A DNA stretch of 50,437 nt, taken from IMG/VR virus record IMGVR_UViG_3300002446_000155, positions 1 to 50,437 of that record; one strand, written 5' to 3'. Position 1 is the stretch's first letter. Every line of letters starts with the position of its first letter. This document shows positions 1 to 7,177 of the stretch, piece by piece. Under the pieces are notes generated by a model, which worked only from the letters and a program-made list of their open reading frames with translations, was not told where the DNA came from and did not search any database. Source of the stretch: a virus (Duplodnaviria; Caudoviricetes). Made by a program: the position numbers and the translations under genes.

Positions 1-40
1 TTGGGAGGTACCCGGACGGTACTATATGCACTTTCCGTGC

Positions 41-478
41 CTACAGAACCACCACCCCGGTCGAGTTCGCCCTGAGTGCCGCCCATACCTTGGTCGCCGC
101 TCTGAGTCGTTCGACAGGCCCGTTGTGGATCAGAGCGTCCGGGTCGTTCAGGCCGCGCTGAAGAGCCTCCCGGACGATACTATCCTGCACGTCTGTGGCG
201 TAGGGGAGCACCTCCTGAAGCATGTCGTCTGTGGCCTCAGCGGCTCCGACCGCCGCGTACGTTTCGACCGTGTCTCGGAGTTTCCCCATGACGTCCCAGG
301 GCTCCACTGGGTGCTCGCTGATCGTGCGCCCAAGGGCCGCTGCTCCGGCGGGGAACCATCCGAGCTCCTCCTCGAGCATGAAGATGAACCGGATGTCCAT
401 GAGCCCCATCCCCTGCGGACCCGGGCGATAGTGGATGGTCTTGTTGTCGAAGTTGATCACTGTAGTACTGTCTTGCAT
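41..478 (-). CDS. hypothetical protein (145 aa)
   Basis: ATG with GGAGG RBS and its own consensus sigma70 promoter immediately upstream; no recognisable motif. Confidence 0.7.
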   Translation of the reverse strand: MQDSTTVINFDNKTIHYRPGPQGMGLMDIRFIFMLEEELGWFPAGAAALGRTISEHPVEPWDVMGKLRDTVETYAAVGAAEATDDMLQEVLPYATDVQDSIVREALQRGLNDPDALIHNGPVERLRAATKVWAALRANSTGVVVL

Positions 479-498
479 AATTGCCTCCTGTTCCGTGT

Positions 499-527
499 AT
501 TCTAATGGACCCCGTTGGTCCTGTCAA
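499..527 (-). promoter_or_regulatory. sigma70-type promoter TTGACA-17-TAGAAT
   Basis: minus-strand -35 at 522-527, -10 at 499-504, 17-nt spacer, just upstream of CDS 41..478. Confidence 0.75.
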
Positions 528-787
528 CAACATTCTTCCGCATTATCCGATGCAACATCTAGGGCCCGTTGGAACATGTACCAGACCCGAGCCCTACCAT
601 CCCGGTGTGGCGAGAGTCCTCCGGTGAACGCCAGGCGTCCTGTGCGATCGGCCTTCAGGTAGCCCATACGGGTTTGAGAGGCCACCAGGAGATCGAACTC
701 CGACGAGACTTCAGACGGGTCGATATGTCCCTTCACGAGGGCAGCGAAGATGAACCGAGGATCAGTTGTGTTCATTTTGTAGTTCAT
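524..787 (-). CDS. hypothetical protein (~87 aa)
   Basis: ORF 524..973 trimmed to MNYKMN start, which forms an ATGA overlap with the stop of 784..1146. Confidence 0.6.
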   Translation of the reverse strand: MNYKMNTTDPRFIFAALVKGHIDPSEVSSEFDLLVASQTRMGYLKADRTGRLAFTGGLSPHRDGRARVWYMFQRALDVASDNAEECC

Positions 788-1146
788 GTTGTGCTCCATC
801 GGCGCTCTTCGGCCTCGCACTCGGCGTGGAGAGCTGCGTAGTACTCCTCCCGCTCCACGTACACATGAATTCCTGCGTCCACAACGGAGCCTCCGGGCGA
901 CTTCGGGTGGAAGACCCCCAGGAACGCGAGCGTGAGCTCGTCTCCTCCGTCGAGGTCCGGGTTGCGCTCCCACTGGCGGAAGCTGGCCTGTAGGAGTTCT
1001 TCACGCATAATCAACGCGAATCGGGGCCACACGCGCTCCTCATCCCAGTCGAGCTCGAAGCCAAGCTTGTTGAGGGCATCTGTGCCTGTGAGGGCCTCAT
1101 GGGCCTCCTGAATAAGAAGCGATGCAATGTGGAAGTTCAGAATCAT
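784..1146 (-). CDS. hypothetical protein (120 aa)
   Basis: GA-rich leader, promoter upstream, tight packing with neighbours. Confidence 0.65.
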   Translation of the reverse strand: MILNFHIASLLIQEAHEALTGTDALNKLGFELDWDEERVWPRFALIMREELLQASFRQWERNPDLDGGDELTLAFLGVFHPKSPGGSVVDAGIHVYVEREEYYAALHAECEAEERRWSTT

Positions 1147-1174
1147 GTGTTTCTCTCTCTCTTAAGGTTCGAGG

Positions 1175-1203
1175 ACTCTATGTGAGCTTCGGGCTCCCGT
1201 CAA
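1175..1203 (-). promoter_or_regulatory. sigma70-type promoter TTGACG-17-TAGAGT
   Basis: -35 at 1198-1203, -10 at 1175-1180, upstream of CDS 784..1146. Confidence 0.65.
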
Positions 1204-1676
1204 GTCCATCCGTAAATTGGTTTGCGCATTTCCTGGAGCACCGCGTCTGTGACCTGAACCGGGGTCGGAGTGTCCATGTGGTAGATCCTGGCGTAGTAGC
1301 GCATTGCTTCCTTGAGGCGCACTGTAGCGAGGTTAGCAGTGAGCTCCTGGTTCCATCCATGCGCGAGGTACGACTCGAGAACATACTGGGCGGCGTACGC
1401 CTCGAGCTCAAGCTCCATGCGTCCCTTAGGCGACAGATACTTCAAGAAGTACTTGAGGATTCCCATGCGCATCCACTGGGCGACGTGCTGTTCCTCATGG
1501 TAGGTGACCTCAGTGCTGATTGTGGGTGCCTTCCCGTAGGCGTAGCCTACTCCGTTGGAGCTGAGATCGGGAATCACCGTGACGAAGTTGTTCCCGACGA
1601 TGAGCCGAGCTACTCCTACCCATACGCGATGCCACCACGGGCCCTGTCCGAACTGCCGATAGACGATGTGTGTCAT
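1200..1676 (-). CDS. putative HExxH zinc metallopeptidase-like protein
   Basis: YHEEQHVAQ (HExxH) followed by RMELELEAY (candidate third-ligand Glu motif). Confidence 0.6.
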   Translation of the reverse strand: MTHIVYRQFGQGPWWHRVWVGVARLIVGNNFVTVIPDLSSNGVGYAYGKAPTISTEVTYHEEQHVAQWMRMGILKYFLKYLSPKGRMELELEAYAAQYVLESYLAHGWNQELTANLATVRLKEAMRYYARIYHMDTPTPVQVTDAVLQEMRKPIYGWT

Positions 1677-1888
1677 ACTTCGCCTTCTGGTACTGGTGTG
1701 CGTGACAGGGCCCGTTCTGCGAGGAGCCTGTAGAGGTTTACGTCCTGAGCCATAAGCTCGATAGCTACAGCGATATTCATCGCCGCGAGGGTGGCCGCGT
1801 CAGGGGTGTCCTCCCCGAAGATGGCGACCACCATTGCGTGGCTAGCCTCTACCGTGTACATCAGGTGCTTCATCTCTTCGCTTTCCAT
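1673..1888 (-). CDS. hypothetical protein (71 aa)
   Basis: GGAGG RBS, ATGA overlap with next gene, promoter upstream. Confidence 0.65.
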   Translation of the reverse strand: MESEEMKHLMYTVEASHAMVVAIFGEDTPDAATLAAMNIAVAIELMAQDVNLYRLLAERALSRTPVPEGEV

Positions 1889-1930
1889 GGGAACCTCCGT
1901 TGTGACAGGTAATCTGTCGGTGTGAGAGGT

Positions 1931-1959
1931 ACCCTACGGTTTCCCGCGAGGTCTGTCAA
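1931..1959 (-). promoter_or_regulatory. sigma70-type promoter TTGACA-17-TAGGGT
   Basis: -35 at 1954-1959, -10 at 1931-1936; A-rich UP-like tract upstream (~1973-1990). Confidence 0.65.
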
Positions 1960-2184
1960 GACTCTTTGTGCGTTTTTTTGTGCTTTTTCTAGAAGGCCCT
2001 GTACGCCACGGAAGCGCCTGTCCCCTTCTCTTAACCCGTACGAAGCAACAGAATGGACCACAGAGGCCTCTGAGCTCGTCTGAGGGGCCTTTTAACCGTC
2101 ACACCGTAGGCGGGAGAACCACCGGAACCGGGCCCGAGGTACCTGCGCCTTCGGCAGGCAAGGGTGGCACTGCGCCTTCGGCGG

Positions 2185-2536
2185 GTCTGTGAGCTGTGTG
2201 AGCTGGGCGTTTTTAAGGAGCTCACAGGAGCGCACGGGCCGAGGTTCAATGAATTCGCGGTTTTTTGAGGTTCGGGGTGCTCCTTGTGCACGTGAGCTCA
2301 TTTTTCCAGATTTGCTATAGGATATTTTTTTTATATTTTTTTTCTCTATATTAAATTCAAAAAAAGAGCTCACAAGCTCACAGAGGGTCTGAGAGGCGCA
2401 TAGAATCTAGTCGAAACCTTGTGAGCTCATTTTTTTCTAAAAGTCACAGAGCTCACAGAACCCGGACTTTTTTGAGCTAAGTACTTGAATTCGTTACGTT
2501 GTGCCTAAAAAGCACAGAGCTCACAGAACCCGGACG
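2185..2536 (+). repeat. 352-bp inverted repeat, copy L (iteron-rich, AT-rich core; putative replication origin)
   Basis: reverse complement of 47460-47811 with 8 mismatches by manual alignment; 9 GTGAGCT/AGCTCAC heptamers; near-pure A/T tract ~2323-2365. Confidence 0.95.
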
Positions 2537-2769
2537 CGGGGTGCACACCCGCATAGATCCTCGCCTTGGGGCGTATGCGGCAGCGCCCGAGGACGCCCAG
2601 GGACGCCTTGTGCAGTATCTTAGCGCCTTCGGCTGGCAGTATACCCGGACGTTTACACATCCTATATGTAGAGGGTTTGAAGCTGACACACGCGCCTCCC
2701 GTGATGTGTGGCTCACCCTCTACCCATTTGCGGCGTTTAGGATTGGGAGAACCCGGTCGCGCTGCATGA

Positions 2770-2840
2770 TGCGGAGTAGAGAAAAGGTATCTCGTCAGGC
2801 TCATAACCTGAAGTCACGGGTTCGATTCCCGTCTCCGCTA
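2770..2840 (+). tRNA. tRNA-Met(CAT), initiator-like
   Basis: cloverleaf: GCGGAG/CTCCGC acceptor with unpaired 1:72, anticodon arm TCAGG-CTCATAA-CCTGA, T-loop TTCGATT. Confidence 0.9.
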
Positions 2841-2842
2841 CT

Positions 2843-2906
2843 AGGGGATTCAGTCTCGCGAACTGACTTGGACATGCAAGCACCCGTTCGGGTGTCGTCT
2901 CCCCTG
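2843..2906 (+). ncRNA. D-armless tRNA-like four-way junction RNA
   Basis: AGGGGA/TCCCCT closing stem enclosing three adjacent hairpins (TCAGT-CTCGCGA-ACTGA, CTTG-GACATG-CAAG, CACCC-GTTC-GGGTG). Confidence 0.5.
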
Positions 2907-2995
2907 CTACTGCGTACTGAGCTTCTCACAGCACATACGACCGTCGCCCCTGCGCAAGTACGCGGCGGTTATCTTTCGCCAACACCGACCACCTT

Positions 2996-3421
2996 ATGCC
3001 TGAAATTACAGAAGAGCATATCAAGGTAGCTCTCGCACGCCGTCTCGGAGAGGGACGGGAACGTGCGGGGGCGCGGGTCGGTGTTGATGAGCACATCGTT
3101 CGCTCCTGGGAGCAGAGCGCCTGGTGGCCGGAGGCAGAAGCACAAGCTGCCAAACTCCACAACGCGCGCATATTAGGGAAGGCACGGAGGGTCGTCGAAA
3201 GCGTCCTCGACCGTGCCCTCGAGCCCGACTGCCCTTCCAGTGTACTGAACCAGGCTGCCAATCTCTCGAAGTGGTACATTGAGACTCGTGACCCCGACTT
3301 CATGGTCGAGAACGATTCCAGTACCGCCCGAGCAATGCAGAAACTCTCGAAGGCACTTGATGCCTTGAGTGAAGATGAACTCCGAGCACTGGCTGAAGAG
3401 CCTGTAGTGTTTGGGTTCTAA
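2996..3421 (+). CDS. terS: putative terminase small subunit
   Basis: N-terminal HTH-like segment (RERAGARVGVDEHIVRSW), helical 141-aa protein upstream of terL. Confidence 0.7.
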   Translation: MPEITEEHIKVALARRLGEGRERAGARVGVDEHIVRSWEQSAWWPEAEAQAAKLHNARILGKARRVVESVLDRALEPDCPSSVLNQAANLSKWYIETRDPDFMVENDSSTARAMQKLSKALDALSEDELRALAEEPVVFGF

Positions 3422-3424
3422 AAC

Positions 3425-3498
3425 GGGGTCGCATGTCCCAAGGGCGGCGAGTGAGGTTTGCACCTTTACTGTGGTGAGTTCGATTCTCACCGACTCCA
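3425..3498 (+). tRNA. tRNA-Ala(TGC)
   Basis: acceptor GGGGTCG/CGACTCC with G3:U70 Ala determinant, anticodon loop TTTGCAC, T-arm GTGAG-TTCGATT-CTCAC, A73. Confidence 0.88.
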
Positions 3499-3508
3499 TG
3501 TTTCCCAT

Positions 3509-3581
3509 CTAGGTGTAACGCAGTTGGCAGCGAGCCCGGTCTGGACCCGGGAAGTCGCAGGTTCGAGTCCTGCCATCTAGA
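3509..3581 (+). tRNA. tRNA-Pro(TGG)
   Basis: acceptor CTAGGTG/CATCTAG (C1-G72, A73), anticodon arm CCCGG-TCTGGAC-CCGGG, T-arm GCAGG-TTCGAGT-CCTGC. Confidence 0.88.
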
Positions 3582-3594
3582 CTAAGAGACACAT

Positions 3595-5127
3595 ATGGAC
3601 CTACAAGAGCACTTCAAACAAGAAGCGCGTAAGAAATTAGCGCGACGATCGCTGCTCTCGTATACCACCTATGTGTCTCCGAAATATCGCCCATTCTGGT
3701 ACCACAAGCGTGTTGCTGACGTACTGGACCTGTGGGTACAGCACGAAATTCGGAACCTGATCATCGTCCTACCGCCTCGACACGGCAAAACGGACCTTGC
3801 ATCCCGACACCTTCCGGCCCACATTCTGGGTCGTGATCCCTCGAAGCTCGTTATTGGAGCAGCCGCTACTCAGGAGCTGGCCGAGGCAAACTCACGCGAC
3901 GTGAAGAAGATCATGCGCTCCCCCGAGCACATTGAGCTCTTCGGCGACGCGTTCGATCATTCCATCAAAGACACAGATAAGGTTTGGACGTTCCAGCAGG
4001 GCGGCACCTATAATGCCGTTGGTACCGGGAACAACATCGCAGGTCGTGGTGCCGACTATCTGATCGTCGACGATTACATCAACAACCGCGAACAGGCTGA
4101 GTCTGCTACCCAACGGGATAAGCAGTGGCAGTGGTTCCTGGATGACATTCTTACTCGTCGGCATTATCCCGCATCTACGCTCGTTATGGCGACGCGGTGG
4201 CACTTCGACGACATCATTGGTCGCATCCTCTCAGGGGATAGCTCCGAGCAGTGGACGGTTCTACACCTCCCTAAGATGCTCGAAGGTGCTCCTGGCCCCT
4301 ACGATCTTCGCACGAACGAAGGGGAGATGCTGCTGAGTCCGTTTGCATTGGCTCCATGGGAGTACTTCCCGGGCTCTCCTGTCCCTAAGCTCTCAGGTAT
4401 TCTGGAGCGTAAGGCGGTTGAGATCACGGTCGAAGAAGTACAGGAGCGGGAGCGTGAGGCATTTCTTGCGCGCCGAGCGAAGAACCCCTACGGCGTGGAA
4501 GCTCTCGAGCAGGGCAACCCCGTACCGAAGTCTGGCGGCCTCTTCGCTACTGAATCCTTCATCACATACGCGGGAACGCCTGAGGCCATGGTCGAGAAGG
4601 CGGAGTATCTCATCATCTCCGTTGATGCCAGCTTCAAGGATACCGCCACAAGCGACTTCTGTGCAATGCTGGTTCTGGCGCGCATTGGAGGCCTTCTGTT
4701 CCTCATCGACGAAGATGTAGACAGAATGGACTATCCGAAACTGAAGCGCCGATTGAAGAGCCTCCACGAGCGATACCCAAACGCCACGATTCTCATTGAG
4801 GACAAGGCGAACGGGCCCGCACTTATTGCTGAACTGCGTACAGAGATCCCTCGCGTTGTAGCGTTCGATCCCTCGAAGTACGGCAACAAAGTGTCACGTG
4901 CACAGGGAGCAGCCGACCGTTATCAGTCTGGCTCCATTCTTCACCCGACACCTGCCGTGGCCCCTTGGATTGAAAAGTTCGAGGAAGAGCTCACTGGCTT
5001 CCCCTATCGTAAGCACGATGACCGTGTAGATGCCCTGTCACAGGCTGTTCTCTACGTGGATCAACGCCGAGGCGGCAGGCAGAAGCTCACGAACGCCATC
5101 GACGCACTCACTACCCTATTCCGCTGA
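3595..5127 (+). CDS. terL: terminase large subunit
   Basis: Walker A PPRHGKT, Walker B LIVDD, ATRW coupling motif, C-terminal RNase H-like nuclease motifs SVDASF, IEDKANG, HDDRVDA. Confidence 0.95.
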   Translation: MDLQEHFKQEARKKLARRSLLSYTTYVSPKYRPFWYHKRVADVLDLWVQHEIRNLIIVLPPRHGKTDLASRHLPAHILGRDPSKLVIGAAATQELAEANSRDVKKIMRSPEHIELFGDAFDHSIKDTDKVWTFQQGGTYNAVGTGNNIAGRGADYLIVDDYINNREQAESATQRDKQWQWFLDDILTRRHYPASTLVMATRWHFDDIIGRILSGDSSEQWTVLHLPKMLEGAPGPYDLRTNEGEMLLSPFALAPWEYFPGSPVPKLSGILERKAVEITVEEVQEREREAFLARRAKNPYGVEALEQGNPVPKSGGLFATESFITYAGTPEAMVEKAEYLIISVDASFKDTATSDFCAMLVLARIGGLLFLIDEDVDRMDYPKLKRRLKSLHERYPNATILIEDKANGPALIAELRTEIPRVVAFDPSKYGNKVSRAQGAADRYQSGSILHPTPAVAPWIEKFEEELTGFPYRKHDDRVDALSQAVLYVDQRRGGRQKLTNAIDALTTLFR

Positions 5128-5136
5128 TGGTGTTTT

Positions 5137-6546
5137 ATGTCCCTACTTTCAAAAGCCTTTGGGTTCCTCTCCACCGTTGTGGACGCATCCCCCCGACTGG
5201 ACTCGATCCAGAATGCGGTTACAGGCCTGGGAACGCAGGAAGACAACGCCACCTACGGGCGTCCTACAATGAATCGCCGCCTCGACCTCGAGGGGCTGAT
5301 GACCCTCTACGCTACCAGCGACCTCGCCCAGCGTATTGTGGATGAGATTGTAGATGACGCAATGCGTCAAGGGTATATCGCCCGCGACGACGAATCCAAC
5401 GAAGAGATCGAAGAGCCCGAAGAGCTCGACATCCGTGCAGCCATTACAGAGGCTCTCAAAGAGGCGCGTCTACTGGGCGGCGCAGGCGTCATGCTGGTAT
5501 TGGAGGGCGTAGAGGACTACTCAAAGCCTCTCGATCTCTCGAAGAAATACAAGATCCAGAACCTACTGGTCCTTGATCGCACAGAACTTCAGCCTGTTGA
5601 GCGGAATTACGACTACCGTACTCCGGGCTTCGGGCAGCCTACCGTGTATCAGGTTTCGCCCCGAGGCGGAGCTCTCACAGGGGGGCTGGGGCTCTTTCGA
5701 GTCCACACCTCGTACCTGTTGCTCTTCCGAGGACAGCGGCTTCCTAAGTATCTTCGCTACGTCAACGACGAGTGGGATGACAGCGTCCTTCAGGCCGCAT
5801 GGGACCGCATTCGGAACTTCGAGCAGGTCGAACTGTCGATGGGGAACATCGTACAGCGGTTTGAGATCGCCACGTACTCGATTGACAATCTGGGAGAGAT
5901 CCTTGAGTCGGTCGACGGTCGTGAGAAGATCCTTCAACGGCTTCAGCTCATTCAGCGCACGATCTCCATGGTCCGCGCTGTGGTGCTCGATAAGCAGGCA
6001 GGCGAGTCATACGATCGATCCTTTACGTCGGTCAACGGCCTGGACACCATCTGGGACCGTCTGGCTCACTCGGTTGCAAAGTCGGCACGTATGTCGATGA
6101 CCCAGCTCTTCGGGGCAGCTCCCAGCGGTCTGGCAACAGACGACGAGAGCGGCCGTGCGAACTGGCGCAAGCAGAATAAGAACATCCAAACCCGAGACAT
6201 CGGCCCTGCGCTCGAGCGATACTACCGTATCCTGAATGAGGGTCGTCCTGTTAAGATCGTATGGGCTGCGCTCGACGAAGCCACCGCCATGGAAGAGGCC
6301 ACCATCCAGAAACTTCGCGCCGAAACGCGTGAGGTATACACTCGGATGGGAGCGGCTGTTCCTCAGGAGTTCCGTGAGCACCTGGTGCGTGAAGGTGTGA
6401 TCATCACACTCGACCCGGACCTCGACGAACTCGGAGACGCTGATGTGTTCAATCCTGACGAAGATGACGCCGATCCAAATGCAGGCGGTGATCTTGAACA
6501 GGGCGGCGACGAAGGCGACGACGGACTCCCTGAGTTTGAGGAATGA
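5137..6546 (+). CDS. portal protein (DUF1073/HI1409-like)
   Basis: directly after terL; RIVDEIVDDAMR, ARLLGG, LFGAAPSGL motifs; acidic C-terminal tail. Confidence 0.85.
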   Translation: MSLLSKAFGFLSTVVDASPRLDSIQNAVTGLGTQEDNATYGRPTMNRRLDLEGLMTLYATSDLAQRIVDEIVDDAMRQGYIARDDESNEEIEEPEELDIRAAITEALKEARLLGGAGVMLVLEGVEDYSKPLDLSKKYKIQNLLVLDRTELQPVERNYDYRTPGFGQPTVYQVSPRGGALTGGLGLFRVHTSYLLLFRGQRLPKYLRYVNDEWDDSVLQAAWDRIRNFEQVELSMGNIVQRFEIATYSIDNLGEILESVDGREKILQRLQLIQRTISMVRAVVLDKQAGESYDRSFTSVNGLDTIWDRLAHSVAKSARMSMTQLFGAAPSGLATDDESGRANWRKQNKNIQTRDIGPALERYYRILNEGRPVKIVWAALDEATAMEEATIQKLRAETREVYTRMGAAVPQEFREHLVREGVIITLDPDLDELGDADVFNPDEDDADPNAGGDLEQGGDEGDDGLPEFEE

Positions 6547-7177
6547 CGCAGAAGACTTCGACTTCCCTCATCACTTAGAGCGCCAGTACAATCTGGAACT
6601 CGTGAGGATGTCGAAGGCACTCGACCGTCAGCTCAAGGCGGCCGCTAAAAGGGCACTCAACGGGGTTCATTACGAGCGCCTGGCACGCGAGGCCATGGAG
6701 GCGGTTCTCACTACCTTCAGGCACACGGAGCTCGCTACGCGCATCGTGGAGCTCTTCTACGCGTGGGTGCCTATTGCGTGGCGCAGCGCCCAACGTGCGA
6801 CGACCATCGGACAGCAGGTAGACGTCCTTCGACAGCAGCTCATGATAGAGGCGATGCTACGAAAGCAGGTCACCGACTACACGAAAGCATTCCATGCAGG
6901 CGAGACGAAGTTCGGAAACCAGGCGAAGAAAAGCGCCAACAGGGCAGCCTTCTACTCTCGCGATCAATCCGGCCACCTATATCACCGAGCAGCCGTTAAA
7001 CAGGCCGCGACGGACAACTATATTGGCTACATCTGGCTCCGTACGACCTCGGCTTCGCCTCGAGACGAACACCTCAACCGCGTTGGGAAGTTCTTCTACT
7101 TCGGACAGGTTGGTGACGAGCCGGGCGTGCTGCCAAACTGTAAATGCGGGATGCGTCCCGTACGAGAGGAACCATGA
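6536..7177 (+). CDS. minor head morphogenesis protein (Mu gpF/SPP1 gp7-like)
   Basis: follows portal; C-terminal YIW...RDEH...GKFF...PGVLPNCKC signature; start uncertain (ORF open from 6443). Confidence 0.8.
   Translation: MRNDAEDFDFPHHLERQYNLELVRMSKALDRQLKAAAKRALNGVHYERLAREAMEAVLTTFRHTELATRIVELFYAWVPIAWRSAQRATTIGQQVDVLRQQLMIEAMLRKQVTDYTKAFHAGETKFGNQAKKSANRAAFYSRDQSGHLYHRAAVKQAATDNYIGYIWLRTTSASPRDEHLNRVGKFFYFGQVGDEPGVLPNCKCGMRPVREEP

Noticed and set aside
2031-2373. ORFs 2031..2291 and 2092..2373 and their mirrors 47623..47829 and 47705..47890
   Set aside because: They run through the inverted repeat and its homopolymer tracts, lack clear RBSs and end differently in the two copies; likely spurious
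2185-2536. CRISPR array or mini-array suggested by repeated GAGCTCAC motifs and the 23-bp direct repeat
   Set aside because: Motifs are short, irregularly spaced and in both orientations; the 23-bp repeat has only two copies and is built from the same heptamer, so iterons fit better
2499-3029. 176-aa + strand ORF
   Set aside because: Spans the repeat end, tRNA-Met and structured RNA; no RBS or protein-like motif
5137-6546. Anti-CBASS Acb1 label sometimes attached to DUF1073 proteins
   Set aside because: Position after terL and motifs indicate a portal; no paired HxT/S 2H-phosphoesterase domain is evident
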